A stretch of DNA of 46,855 nucleotides, filler included, from Catajapyx aquilonaris (Eukaryota), in the NCBI GenBank assembly GCA_000934665.2. It is 2 parts of 2 records of this genome, joined end to end, with 100 filler letters (N's around TTAATTAATTAA, not from the genome) between each part and the next. Parts side by side here need not be neighbours in the genome. Positions count along the whole stretch, not along the records: positions 23,725 to 46,855 come from JYFJ02005738.1; 1 more part is not named here. One strand, 5' to 3'. Of this stretch, positions 36,206 to 46,855 are shown piece by piece. Made by a program: the position numbers and the translations under genes. Positions within the stretch are counted from its first letter, which is position 1. Every line of letters starts with the position of its first letter. Below the pieces are notes generated by a model. The model worked only from the letters and a program-made list of their open reading frames with translations. It did no database searches and was not told where the DNA came from.

Positions 36206-37816
36206 TCACAGCTCATCTTTAAGATTGTTGTCCTCCTCGGAAGCTGTGGGTGGAGGTCCTCCTGCTCCTTGATATAACTTGGCAATGATTGGCTGCACAA
36301 CATCTTCCAGTTCCTTCTTCTGTCGCTTGAATTCTTCTGTGCGTGCATCATGGTTGCTCTCCAGCCACTTGATTTTCTCATCAATCACCTCGATGATCTT
36401 CTCCTCGTCATCAGCCAGCTTCGCCCCAAGCTTGTCCTTGTCATTCACTTGATTTTTCAACGAATAAGTGTATGACTCCAGCTCATTACGTGCCTGGAGT
36501 CTTTCCTTCAGCTTCTTGTCATTATCTGCAAACTTCTCTGCATCCTTGATCATACGCTCAATGTCATCTGGAGTGAGCCTATTCTGGTCATTGGTGATTG
36601 TGATTTTCTCCTTGTTGCCTGTTCCCTTGTCTTCGGCCAAGACCTGAAGGATACCGTTGGCATCAATCTCAAATGTGACCTCAATTTGTGGTACACCACG
36701 TGGTGCTGGTGGGATTCCTGTGAGGTCAAACTTGCCCAGGAGCTGGTTGTCCTCGGTCATAGGTCTCTCACCCTCGTACACCTGAATGGTAACAGTATGT
36801 TGGTTGTCAGAGGCAGTGGAGAAGATCTGTGACTTCTTGGTTGGTATGACCGTGTTGCGGGGAATCAGCTTGGTCATGACACCTCCCACAGTTTCAATTC
36901 CCAGGGTCAGAGGGTTGACATCGAAGAGGACAATATCACCAGTGTCTTGCTCACCACTCAACACTCCAGCCTGAACTGCAGCACCATATGCAACGGCTTC
37001 ATCTGGGTTAATTCCCCGACTAGGCTCCTTGCCACCAAAGAAGTCCTTTACCAGGTGCTGGATCTTTGGGATGCGGGTTGATCCACCAACCAAGACAATC
37101 TCATCAATATCCTTCTCCTGCATGTCAGCATCTTCCAACACCTCCTGCACGGGGTTCATTGTTGATCGGAACAGATCCATGTTCAACTCCTCGAACTTGG
37201 CGCGGGTCAGAGTCTCGGAAAAGTCCTCTCCCTCATAGAAGCTCTCAATCTCAATTCGCACCTGGTGGCTTGAAGACAGAGCACGCTTGGCCTTCTCAAC
37301 TTCACGACGCAGCTTCTGAACAGCACGGTTGTCTTTCCTGATGTCTTTGCCCTTCTTTTTCTTGTACAGCTTGATGAAGTGGTCCATCACACGCTGATCA
37401 AAGTCCTCACCTCCCAAGTGAGTATCTCCATTGGTAGCAATAACCTCAAACACACCATTGTCAATGATGAGCAAGGAGACATCAAAGGTTCCACCACCCA
37501 AATCGAACACCAGCACATTCTTTTCACCTTCCTTCTTGTCAAGCCCATAAGCAATGGCAGCAGCAGTTGGTTCATTGATGACACGCATCACATTGAGGCC
37601 TGCAATCACTCCAGCATCTTTCGTTGCCTGGCGCTGAGCGTCATTGAAGTAGGCTGGGACGGTAACGACAGCATGAGTCACTTTCTTCCCAAGGTATGCC
37701 TCAGCCACCTCCTTCATTTTGCTTAACACCATTGCAGAGATCTCTTCTGGTGCAAACACCTTCGTGCCCTGAGCTGTCTCAACTTGAATGTGCGGTTTGC
37801 TGTTCTTCTCAATCAC
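36206..37816 (-). CDS. HSPA5: ER chaperone BiP/GRP78 (Hsc70-3), last coding exon
   Basis: HSP70 motifs [31 protein letters not shown]-terminal KDEL. Acceptor TTTTCCTCTTTAG|GTG, phase 0. Confidence 0.98.
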   Translation of the reverse strand: MIEKNSKPHIQVETAQGTKVFAPEEISAMVLSKMKEVAEAYLGKKVTHAVVTVPAYFNDAQRQATKDAGVIAGLNVMRVINEPTAAAIAYGLDKKEGEKNVLVFDLGGGTFDVSLLIIDNGVFEVIATNGDTHLGGEDFDQRVMDHFIKLYKKKKGKDIRKDNRAVQKLRREVEKAKRALSSSHQVRIEIESFYEGEDFSETLTRAKFEELNMDLFRSTMNPVQEVLEDADMQEKDIDEIVLVGGSTRIPKIQHLVKDFFGGKEPSRGINPDEAVAYGAAVQAGVLSGEQDTGDIVLFDVNPLTLGIETVGGVMTKLIPRNTVIPTKKSQIFSTASDNQHTVTIQVYEGERPMTEDNQLLGKFDLTGIPPAPRGVPQIEVTFEIDANGILQVLAEDKGTGNKEKITITNDQNRLTPDDIERMIKDAEKFADNDKKLKERLQARNELESYTYSLKNQVNDKDKLGAKLADDEEKIIEVIDEKIKWLESNHDARTEEFKRQKKELEDVVQPIIAKLYQGAGGPPPTASEEDNNLKDEL

Positions 37817-38006
37817 CTAAAGAGGAAAAAGTCACTCAGTAACAGCCAAATAAAATCTTAAGGAACACTGAAAACATTCTGCCACATTGCAAGTTCTGTT
37901 AAAATATAAAATAAGTAAATCCGTAAAATGCAATATTATTTCCCTAAATGTTCCCTTCAAGACTACATTTGCAGGCAAGTAGGCATGTTGCAGGCAGTAG
38001 GCATAC

Positions 38007-38238
38007 CTTGAATGGGAAGTACTTGATGTCATGCTGAACAGATGTATCAGTCCACTCCCTCCCAATGAGCCGCTTGGCATCGAAGACTGTGTTCTCAGGG
38101 TTCGTTGTCAACTGGTTCTTGGCTGCATCACCAATCAGACGCTCACCATCAGGAGTGAAAGCAACATAGGAAGGCGTGATTCGATTACCCTGGTCATTAG
38201 CAATGATCTCCACCCTTCCATTCTTGAAAACTCCAACA
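38007..38238 (-). CDS. HSPA5: BiP/GRP78, second coding exon
   Basis: (C)[27 protein letters not shown]...YFPFK. Acceptor TTTGCTTTCAG|T, donor AAG|GTATGC. Confidence 0.97.
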
Positions 38239-38864
38239 CTGAAAGCAAATACCACAATATTACTTCACTGCCATCTAATCAGCAGCCTATAGTAAAACTT
38301 GCAGAATGATGCAACATGAACAAAAACTTTCAAACCCACAATGAAAGAATAGATTAATCTGTGGCTCAATACAATGAAAAGATTAAGTACAGTAGCCACC
38401 AGTCAAGTTCATTTTAAATAGTTAGTAGTTGAATATTAATATTTGTGCTGGTGCAGCAAAGCTGGTTGATTTGCTCCATAAAACAGCAAAATAGGGTGTT
38501 ACTTTTGGAACGACGAATGGGGTCATGTCATCTTAAGGCATCACTAAACACCTCCAGTGATGCAATAATTTTATATGAGTCTACATGAATACAATCATGT
38601 AGCCATTGGGTGTTAATTGGTTTTAGTAATGAGCACAGCTACAGTAGTTGCCTAGAGCCTAGTATGAATGGAAATCTGAAACTGCGTTTTTTAAAATGCC
38701 AAATTAGTGTTCCATTGCATTCATGCCTGACACACAGATCTGCTGCTGCCACCAGTGCTGTATCAACTACAAAATCCTACATCAATAATGATTCCCCCTC
38801 ATAAATGCAATGTCAATCCCATTTCACCATATTCCAATGCCCTAAAGTGCAACTGTGCAAAGTA

Positions 38865-39021
38865 CAGTGTTGGACATTAATCGAGGCATACTGCTAGCGA
38901 CATTTTCCGAATTCCACAGGAGTCTCGCTCGCCCAGCTTGCAGTATCCTTATCTTAGATTCCTTCTCCTGCCGCTTCAGAAAATGTCGCTAGCAGTATGC
39001 CTCGATTAATGTCCAACACTG
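38865..39021. mobile_element. Tc1-like MITE in BiP intron
   Basis: TA|CAGTGTTGGACATTAATCGAGGCATACTGCTAGCGACATTTTC perfect TIR; TA TSD. Confidence 0.92.
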
Positions 39022-39347
39022 TACAATACCAGGAGCATTTGACTCCATGAAGTTAAATGCTCTTACATGCACTTCCCAGCCTTTTAACAGGCTCATTTTA
39101 CAATAGCAGGTCCCATCATTCTAGCACCCATTCTGTCAATGGTATGGAATTGAGGGGTCAGACAATCAGGTGAATCTTGGGCCAATCTGGTACATTTCGA
39201 GGGCGAATCCCCCAGGTGACTCATGAGGAATCTCGGGTGAAATATGATCAAGGTGGTTTTTGAAATGTCTGACCCCTCATACGAGGCCAGGCGGATGAAA
39301 CAATCGACACCTGAGAATGCACCTCAGTCATACAACAATAAGAATAA

Positions 39348-39517
39348 AGGCCCATACACACAGCTGGTCGACAGTTTTGGTTTTTGGTCGCGCTGACGCC
39401 GCGGACCAATCATGACTCGTGTAAACAAGCTCAGCACTTGTGTTGCGCTTGTTGATTGGTCCACGGCGTCAACGCAACCAAAGACCAAAACCGTTGACCG
39501 CCTGTGTGTATGGGCCT
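39348..39517. mobile_element. PIF/Harbinger-like MITE in BiP intron
   Basis: TAA|AGGCCCATACACACAG...CTGTGTGTATGGGCCT|TAA. Confidence 0.9.
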
Positions 39518-39520
39518 TAA

Positions 39521-39742
39521 CCCCTGGTTTTGAAACCAGCAAGACCAGCAAACACCAGCATGCTGGTACCAGCAATACAGTGCCAATTTCCAGCAGACCA
39601 GCATACCAGCATGCTGGAACCAGCATACCAGCAATGATAGCTTGAAACCAGCAGAGACCAGCAAACAACCAGCATGCTGGTACCAGCAAAACAGTGCCAA
39701 TTCCCAGCAGACCAGCATACCAGCATTGCTGGTTTCAAAAGG
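39521..39742. repeat. ACCAGC-repeat element, possibly a non-autonomous CACTA/EnSpm-like transposon
   Basis: Many ACCAGCA/TGCTGGT units. Inverted ends TTTTGAAACCAGCA / TGCTGGTTTCAAAA. Internal duplication with a period of about 110 bp. Confidence 0.6.
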
Positions 39743-40035
39743 ACAACGTTTCCTATTTCCTGAGGGCGTTTCCATGGAAACCTGAAAAGTGGGCGGTTGC
39801 AGATGCATTCCATGACGTCCTTCGGCTAATACGAGCACAGATTAGACCAGAACTGCGAACATGAATTTCTCTAGCGCACATACTCTAACGCTTGATCATT
39901 CAACGCTGCTTCCACGCAACACTGGCTTAAATGCTGCAACATCTTCCAGGTCTAAAGCAGCCTCATAGCTAACCGCGGCTTATGCCATACCCTCGTTCCA
40001 CACTCCCCTCATCCCCACCCTCCCGCACAACGTAC

Positions 40036-40157
40036 CATGAGTAGGTGGTTCCCAAGTCGATTCCAACGACTGTCCCCACGTCGGGCTTCTTGTCCTCCTT
40101 GGCCACGGCGCAGGTGAGCAGAAGGGCCGCCGCTGCCCAGATCCAAGATAACCTCAT
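40036..40157 (-). CDS. HSPA5: BiP/GRP78, first coding exon (signal peptide)
   Basis: [40 protein letters not shown]. Donor TG|GTACGT, phase 2. Alternative in-frame ATG at 40169. Spliced total 654 aa. Confidence 0.95.
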
Positions 40158-40274
40158 AATCCTGGCCATCACAACCACTGCAACCACAAGACCACCCATT
40201 AGTGAGATTCGAATGCGGCACACGGGCTAGGCCCCACACACACACAGTCAGGGGCAAAGGAGAGGGGCACTCAC

Positions 40275-40345
40275 CTCAGCAGATCATCCAACCCCCTTTT
40301 CTGCCAAGCCGAGATCTTGTTCCACGTCAAGACGACCAGAAATGG
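40275..40345 (-). other. HSPA5: probable non-coding first exon of BiP
   Basis: Donor GAG|GTGAGT at 40274. TATA-like TTAAAAG near 40375-40381 and initiator-like CCATTT about 30 nt downstream. Confidence 0.6.
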
Positions 40346-40535
40346 AAAGAAGGAAACCGGTGGAGGCCACGCTTCTTTTAACAGGCCGAGCCGAAGGGGC
40401 GATCGTGTCGCTACCCCCATTGGTCCACATCACCGCACGTGATTGCGTCAGACCCTGTCATTGGCTCCGAGCTGGCCCGAGATGATTGGGCCGCATCCTC
40501 CCACGGTTGTTAAAGACGCATCGTCCGCCATCTTG
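40320..40535 (-). promoter_or_regulatory. BiP promoter with UPR-type elements
   Basis: UPRE TGACGTGG (40322-40329). Three CCAAT boxes (40419, 40460, 40485). ERSE-II-like ATTGGTCCACA. ERSE-like CCAAT-N9-TGACG (40446-40464). TGACGCAAT next to CACGTG (40436-40450). YY1-like CAAGATGGCGG near 40524-40534. Confidence 0.7.
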
Positions 40536-40829
40536 TTTTTTCTCATTCGAACAGATTCGTTCATGATTCTTGGCATATTCCATCCACGACAGGGAGCTTG
40601 TTCCATCCTACATCTGGCTTGTACACCAGTACACGTAAGTCGCAATGCAATTTTTTTGCTATCCCAGGTGTGGTTTTCACACCTTGATTCGGTGGCCTCG
40701 TATTGAAGCCACTACAGAGCAAGATGACTCACTCTCCCCGACCCCCACAGCTAAAACGCCTGATGTGGTACTATTTCAGTGGGGATGTGTCCCCACAATT
40801 GGGTTTTCCAAAATTCCATTTTTCTCAGC

Positions 40830-40887
40830 CTAGGTTAGGTAAGCGTAAGGTAGGGTAGGTTAGGTTAGGTTAGGTTACACTAGGTTA
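40830..40887 (+). repeat. degenerate (TTAGG)n tract
   Basis: GGTTAGGTTAGGTTAGGTTA core with variant units. Confidence 0.75.
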
Positions 40888-40991
40888 GAAAAGTTGTGTT
40901 ATCAATGTCCTCATAGCTAATATCATACAGAGTGTGCATGTGTGTGTGTGTGTGAAGGGACTTGGCACTGACTCGGTTGCATCCTCCCCAG

Positions 40992-41317
40992 ATGATGTCA
41001 AGGGATAAGAAAATGCCACCGCTGGATTTGTTCCCCGACTCCACCCTTCCTTCAACCTCGGTCCAGGATGACACTGCTCACGGGAAGACCTTCAACACGG
41101 GAAGGGTGGCCCAGCAGGGCTGCAGCCTCAAGGAAGAGGCAGTGGAAGAACATGGTGGCAAGGAACAATATGGCATAGCCATGGGCCAAGACCAAGCTGA
41201 TGGGCAGGACTACCACCATGCCAACCTGCCATACCCGGAGGGACAAAAGTGTGGAGGAGATGGGGATGGGCTAGGGGCAAAGCCCCATCCCCAGCCGAAG
41301 GAGGAGAAACCTGACAA
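40992..41317 (+). CDS. putative orphan protein, exon A (divergent from BiP)
   Basis: Acceptor CATCCTCCCCAG|ATG, donor AA|GTGAGC (phase 2). GC-rich open frame in AT-rich surroundings. Confidence 0.5.
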
Positions 41318-42658
41318 GTGAGCTGCTTACAAATTACATTCAACAACTTATACTATAAAGTATAGAGTGTAGAGCATATATTCTAGGCACCAGGAGATAG
41401 GATTAAGTAAAGATAACTTTTGGTCTCTGAATAGTTTTTCTCAAGATAATAGTATTATGTCACAAGATATTAATATTCTGGCAGCAATGTGCCTGCCTTT
41501 TTTTCATGTAACATGTAGGTGTTGCCGTTCATTTTCTTAAAATAAGCAGTTTAGTGCTACACTAAATCACTTATCACAACTGGAACATGAATGGAACATA
41601 TGCTGCATGGAATGTACACTTGATTAATTATTACACTATGAAACACGATATGATTTTGTCCATGGAAATTCATCGCTATTTCCATGTTCCTTAGGTCACT
41701 CGTAACTTATAATGGCCATTCATTTTGTCTGATATTTGTTTTTGACCTCGGGGAAGTCAAAAAACCAAAATCCTCAAATATAGGGGTTTTTCCCAATCAA
41801 GTGGGCCTAAATGTTGCTAGAGTGCTAGACCATCTCGGATTTTGCTGCCAAAAATCACATCTGTACAAACCTATGGCATAACACTGCATATCACGTTTCA
41901 GTCAAATTGCGAGATACCGTGGGGAGGGAAAAAATCGCGAAATTTTGGAAATTTGCTCCTTTTTGGATAATTTCTTTCGGTTAGTGCAAGCGGTCAAAAC
42001 CCAATCAACATAATTATACATCAAATGAAAGAGAGACGTAAGGAGAATTAGCCTATGGAATTATTTTTCCTCTGAAATGTAACCAGAAAAAGGGTGTGGC
42101 ATTTTATCTGTCACATGTCCAAGAATTTGGCTCCTTGAAAATTAAAGATAATTCTGTAAAACATATCTATTATTTTCTCGCGAGCCATGCATGACCCAGG
42201 ATTGAAACCGAACATATTGAATCTTGTATAGGTCACAACTCCTATCACCAAAGAGGCGCTTAGAACAAAAGTGGCCCATGTCCAAAAAGCTCAAGTTGGG
42301 ATAATTCACCTGCAAGTTTGGAAGGTCATAGAAAAAAGGGAAATCATATGTCTGGATCATATGTTGTCAGATTGGCAATCATTACAGGGCAGGCTTTTTT
42401 TTAGATGTATTGCTATACTGTCACAAAAAAACTGATTTATTGATAAAAAATCATATGTGACTTACACCATAATGATCCTACAGAATCATGGACTCACACC
42501 ATTGTTGACTGGGTGTAATAAAATTGAATCTGGATATAATATACTTCAAGGGATTTTAGGTAAAAATTAATTTCAATAAAAAAATTCAGAGGAAATTTTC
42601 ACCAAATATTAAAAATTCCCAAATTCACAACATAATTTTAAACATGGCAAAACTGACA

Positions 42659-44144
42659 CTTAATAGGATTTATTCGGACTGGCCATGCCCGTTAAGGCCC
42701 AACAGCCCACTCACTCCCAACACCAACAAACATAATACAAAATAAAACAACTACGCTGCCACCAATCATCCATAATCCAGTCATCCAATAAGTCACCAAT
42801 CATCCAGACAACAGTGCACCAGTCACCAATCATCCAGACAACAGTCCACCAGTCATCATTCATATTCCAGTCATCCATCATCAAGTCATCAAGTCATAAG
42901 CCATCAGTCATCCATCAAGTCATCCATCATCGATTCATACGCCACCAATCATCCAACATCAGTCCACCAGACATCCTCCATCATCAGGCCACCAGTCATC
43001 CATCATCAGGCATCAGGCGCCGCGCCGTGTCCTTGCAGTGGTCCCTCCTGCCCCCCGGAAGTCCCTGTTGAATAATCATCAGCCTCTAGGCAGAAACGAT
43101 TGAAAGCTTCTGGGATTAGAGTGAAGGCGCTCTTGTTGCAAGGCCAACCCAGGCCCTTGGACACCGCCGCACATAGCAGTTGGCCCCGTGCTCTCAAAAC
43201 CTCTGGTAACCTGCAATCCCACAGCACATGTTCGGGGTCCTGCCTTCCTAAGCTGCACGAACATCTGGCACTCTCCTCGACTCCTTTGTCAAAAAATCTA
43301 GAGAGATAGGCCCGGAATGGGCCGTGACCCGAGATGAAACGGGCAACATGACCATGAACGTGTCTCCTGATGTCCACGGCTGGCAGGAAGGCCCGGCTCC
43401 AAGTCCTCCCAACCACTTCCCAGCGAGTCTGCCACAGTTCCAAAATGTGCTGCTGTATCCTCCTGTTCACCGCTGATCTGCGTTCCGGTAGGAACACCTG
43501 GCCAACTAACTGGTCCTACGCCCGTCTTGCCTCCTCATCCACTCGCTCATTCCCAGACACCCCAGCGTGGCCCTTCACCCAAAACAGAGAAACCACCGCC
43601 GGGATGACCTGATGAATATCCCTTATCCTGGCCGCCACCGTCGTCTGCATCCTGGGATCGGCCAACGTCATGAGTGCGGACAGGGAGTCAGAGGTGATGC
43701 CAGCTCTGCTGCCTGTGGGAAGCCCCAACTCACTTAGCGTCTCCATGGCTGGTCCCACCATCTCCAGTTCCATATCAAAGATTCCAGCTGTAGGTGGAAA
43801 AGGCACTCTCCTCGTGAACATCTCCCTCCCGGCTCCATCGTAGGCCACCAGAGCCCCTCCAGCTTTCCTGCCCTGGGTGACGGATCCGTCCGTGAAGATC
43901 ACCACATCATTAACCAGCTCCTCAGTCCATCGTCCTATGTCGAGGCGCTCCCAAGTCCAGGGAGGGACCAGGTGCCGCAGATCCTGATTCCTGACCGTCA
44001 GACCTTCAGACTCCCTTTTCTTGAAGATCCGAACCAGGAATCCATGCCCAGGTTCCAGAGAATAGGCCCCATACTAGAACCCTGAGGGCAGCCCCTAGTC
44101 ATAGTGAAGGTGAAGCCTGGGAGCCTCATTTCTCTAGGTTAAGG
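42659..44144 (-). mobile_element. 5'-truncated R1/LOA-like non-LTR retrotransposon (RT fragment, RNase H, C-terminal Zn knuckle)
   Basis: 14-bp TSD TGGCAAAACTGACA (42645-42658, 44145-44158). Motifs RGCPQGSSMGPILWN, IFTDGS...WVKGHAGVSGNERVD, SGHGPFRAYL...CSC...EHVLWDC. One in-frame stop at 43516-43518. Confidence 0.92.
42760..43010. repeat. CAGTCATCCATC-type degenerate minisatellite in the LINE 3' UTR
   Basis: Repeated CAGTCA/TCATCCA units. Confidence 0.75.
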
Positions 44145-45215
44145 TGGCAAAACTGACAGCCACACACTTATTATTTGTCATACACAATATTATTTTGTCC
44201 ATAGAGGTGCCCCCAGATATATCGCTTGGATCTTGGTCGGCCATCTTTAACAGCTGGTATGGGACTTACACCAGGATTGTTTCAAGGGTTAGGCAACTCT
44301 CCTTGGAGCATAAATGAGATTATGTCATTTACTGCCCAAATATCCAACTTAGGACTTATACAAAAAAATTTACCAACTTGGAGTAGTTCTCTGAATGTGA
44401 TGGCAGTCCTATCTCGAAAATGGCATTTTTGGACTTGGGCCACTTTTGTTCTAAGCGCATCAAATATGGCTGCTCGTACTCAAATACATCACTAATTGCT
44501 TGTTGGGGTCTCCTTGGACATGTGACTGAACAGTGACTAATGGAATACCACACACCTTTTTCTGGGTACATGTTCAGGGAAAACAAATACTCTTGTTTCT
44601 CTTTCATGTGATGTATATGCTGATTGGGTTTGGACCACTTCCACTAACCGAAAAAAATTATCCCAAAAAAGGTCCAATTTCCAAAATGTCGCGATTTTTT
44701 CCCTCCCCACGGTATTTCGCAATTTGGCTGAAACCTGATATGCAGTGTTATGGGGTCGGTTTGTACTACAGCTGTGATTTTTCGCAGCACAATCCGAGAT
44801 GGTCTACAAACATTTAGGCCCACTTGATTGGGAAAAACCCCTATATTTGAGGATTTTGGTTTTTTGACCGCCCCGAGGTCAAAAACCAATCGAAGACAAT
44901 ATGAATGGTCATTATCAGTTATGAGTGACCTATGGAAAAAAAATTGCGATGAATTTCCATGGACAGAAAAAATGTTGATTTTGTTGCATAGTGTTATAAT
45001 TACCTTTGTACTACGTGTTTGGAATCAATGACAACTCTATGAATTACAAAAATAACAGCATAAAATGAACATGTGAATAGATAAAAACTGAAAGGAAAAT
45101 GCACTTGAGTAAGTAGTCTGAACATGCAGCAATGAGAGCTTGTTGCCTGAAAAATAATTATGTCAAGTGTGCCAATTAATCAAAGTACATTTTCATCGCA
45201 TTTACACGAAAACAG

Positions 45216-45441
45216 GGAGAGGTCGAAGATGATGGGGACTACTAGGGCCATGGACATGGACACTTGGGCTGCTGCCTTAGCCCAGTTGCAGAGGGAGGAG
45301 GAAGACAGGCAAAGAATGTTTCAGCCTGTGGAAGGTCCGGTTGACTGTAGGAGGCCACCGGGGCCCAGGCAGCACGTACTGAGGGAGGAGTTTACGCGCC
45401 TCCTGGCCCACATGAACGACTTTGAGAAAATCAACAAATAA
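45216..45441 (+). CDS. putative orphan protein, exon B (ERSKMMG...EKINK*)
   Basis: AACAG|G completes the AA+G Lys codon and continues in the long open frame. GC-rich island ending at TAA. Weak polypyrimidine tract. Confidence 0.45.
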
Positions 45442-46855
45442 TATTCCAGGCAATGTATAATATTACCAGTCACACTGGGACTATATTCCCGAGATGACAG
45501 TTCAGTTAATTATATGTACATAAAGGGTGCATGGTTAATTCATGATTTGGAAATCAGCCTGTCATTGTCGTTAATTTAATACAACTTAGTTAGACTCGCA
45601 AATATGTTCATAAATATTTTTTTATATGCTTATCATTGTTCAGATATGCCCAGTGATTGGCCTGGGCCCTCGTATATGTTCCAACTGAATTCAGTTAAAA
45701 CTGAAATGTTGAACTCACATGTTATGACTTTCAATGAAAATACTTGCTTCTCTAATAGAATTTGAGTATTCTATAACCCAAGAAAAATCACAACACCATA
45801 TACAGTATAACCAGGGTATAACCCATACTCTAGCTAGTTTCCAGAGTGTAGAAAATCTAGTGGCAGATTAATAATTAGTGGGGTATGGTTGTTAATCAGC
45901 TGTGAGTGCTGATCTATGAACCCTCCAGGTCTTGTTGTGCATTATTGCAATGCACATAGGGGAAAATTGCCCTATTTGAAGGTCAAAAAAGGCAATGGCA
46001 TTAGAGATACAGATATCTGGCCTACTTGCCAAATCCCCTGTGCAAGGTAACAGAAATCATCATCATATACAGAATTCACAATGTGTGACTCACCCCATAA
46101 ACACTTTGACTCATCACGTAGTTACCATAGTTTTCACTTTCCCTGTTCAACAATGAGAGGACAGAGAGGGTGGGGCACATTTCAGTGGAGATGAGTGCTG
46201 GTTATAGCTCTCTGGTGGACTTTGCCCGTGCGGTGACCCATCACCAACGTGCATGTAGTGCTACTTTGCCCCTGAGAATGGAAGGAGTGTGCAGAGGGAG
46301 AGACTATCTGCCAACTGGTAGTGGCCTATCACACTATGTCCGTGTGGGGGATGGGCCAGTCAGTGTTGCCAAAATTTGGCAACGGGTCCGCTACTAGTGT
46401 TAGTAAGATTGAAAAATATAACACACTGCCACCCAACTGAGCAACTCCACAGCCATCTTTTGGTGCATCTGCACATTGCTTAGTTGTTACAGATTTTTGT
46501 TGTTGAAATGGTGTAATATGAACATAATAATATTAAAGGGGGGCTCCATGGAAGAAGGGGCTAGCTGCAGCGTTAGGGCTGTGCAGTTATTGAATTTGGA
46601 AACCAGTTATAGGTTATTGAAATAATCTCGGTTATAACTGGTTAGCAGTTATTTTAGATTACCAGGTTATTTTCATAGGAGAATTGGTAAATATCACACG
46701 AGATCAGAGCTGCAAGTGTATAAACACGTAGCCAGAGCATGGGGGAGAGTAGCCTACTGTGCATGCTCACTTGCCTTCTGAATAGGTTTCCCATGATCCC
46801 ACCTATTCACAGGGCGAGTTGGAGGGTGAGTAGTAGGGCGGCTCGAAAAACACTT

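Larger units (their letters stand above)
41634..44993. mobile_element. Chapaev3-like (CMC) non-autonomous foldback element
   Basis: TTA|CACTATG(A/C)AACA...TGTTGCATAGTG|TTA (3-bp TWA TSD). Inverted arms of about 650 bp (41634-42300 vs 44400-44993). Confidence 0.8.

Overview
Repeat-rich eukaryotic DNA, most likely arthropod/insect (spliceosomal introns, insect-type BiP, TTAGG repeats). Genes: (1) a complete BiP/GRP78 (Hsc70-3/HSPA5) gene on the minus strand (3 coding exons, 654 aa, signal peptide, KDEL) with a UPR-type promoter and many substitutions at normally conserved positions; (2) a 3-exon uncharacterised minus-strand gene (29361-24783, ~287 aa) with matching splice phases; (3) a putative orphan gene head-to-head with BiP whose intron holds a 3.4-kb foldback transposon. 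The rest is nested mobile DNA: six or so tRNA-derived SINE families (several with target-site duplications, TSDs); Tc1/mariner, pogo, PIF/Harbinger, hAT, piggyBac and Chapaev3-like non-autonomous elements; a THAP/P-like transposase relic; and an R1-like LINE fragment. The two most unusual structures are a head-to-tail array of at least five mosaic Helitron-like cassettes with strand-specific GNA-triloop hairpins (20084-23624), and a Tc1/mariner-like element whose two terminal arms each carry a ~300-bp palindrome with its own mirrored variants (31451-33410). An N-gap with a six-frame-stop linker at 23625-23724 means the two halves of the window may not be contiguous. All family assignments come from motif recognition by eye, not database searches.
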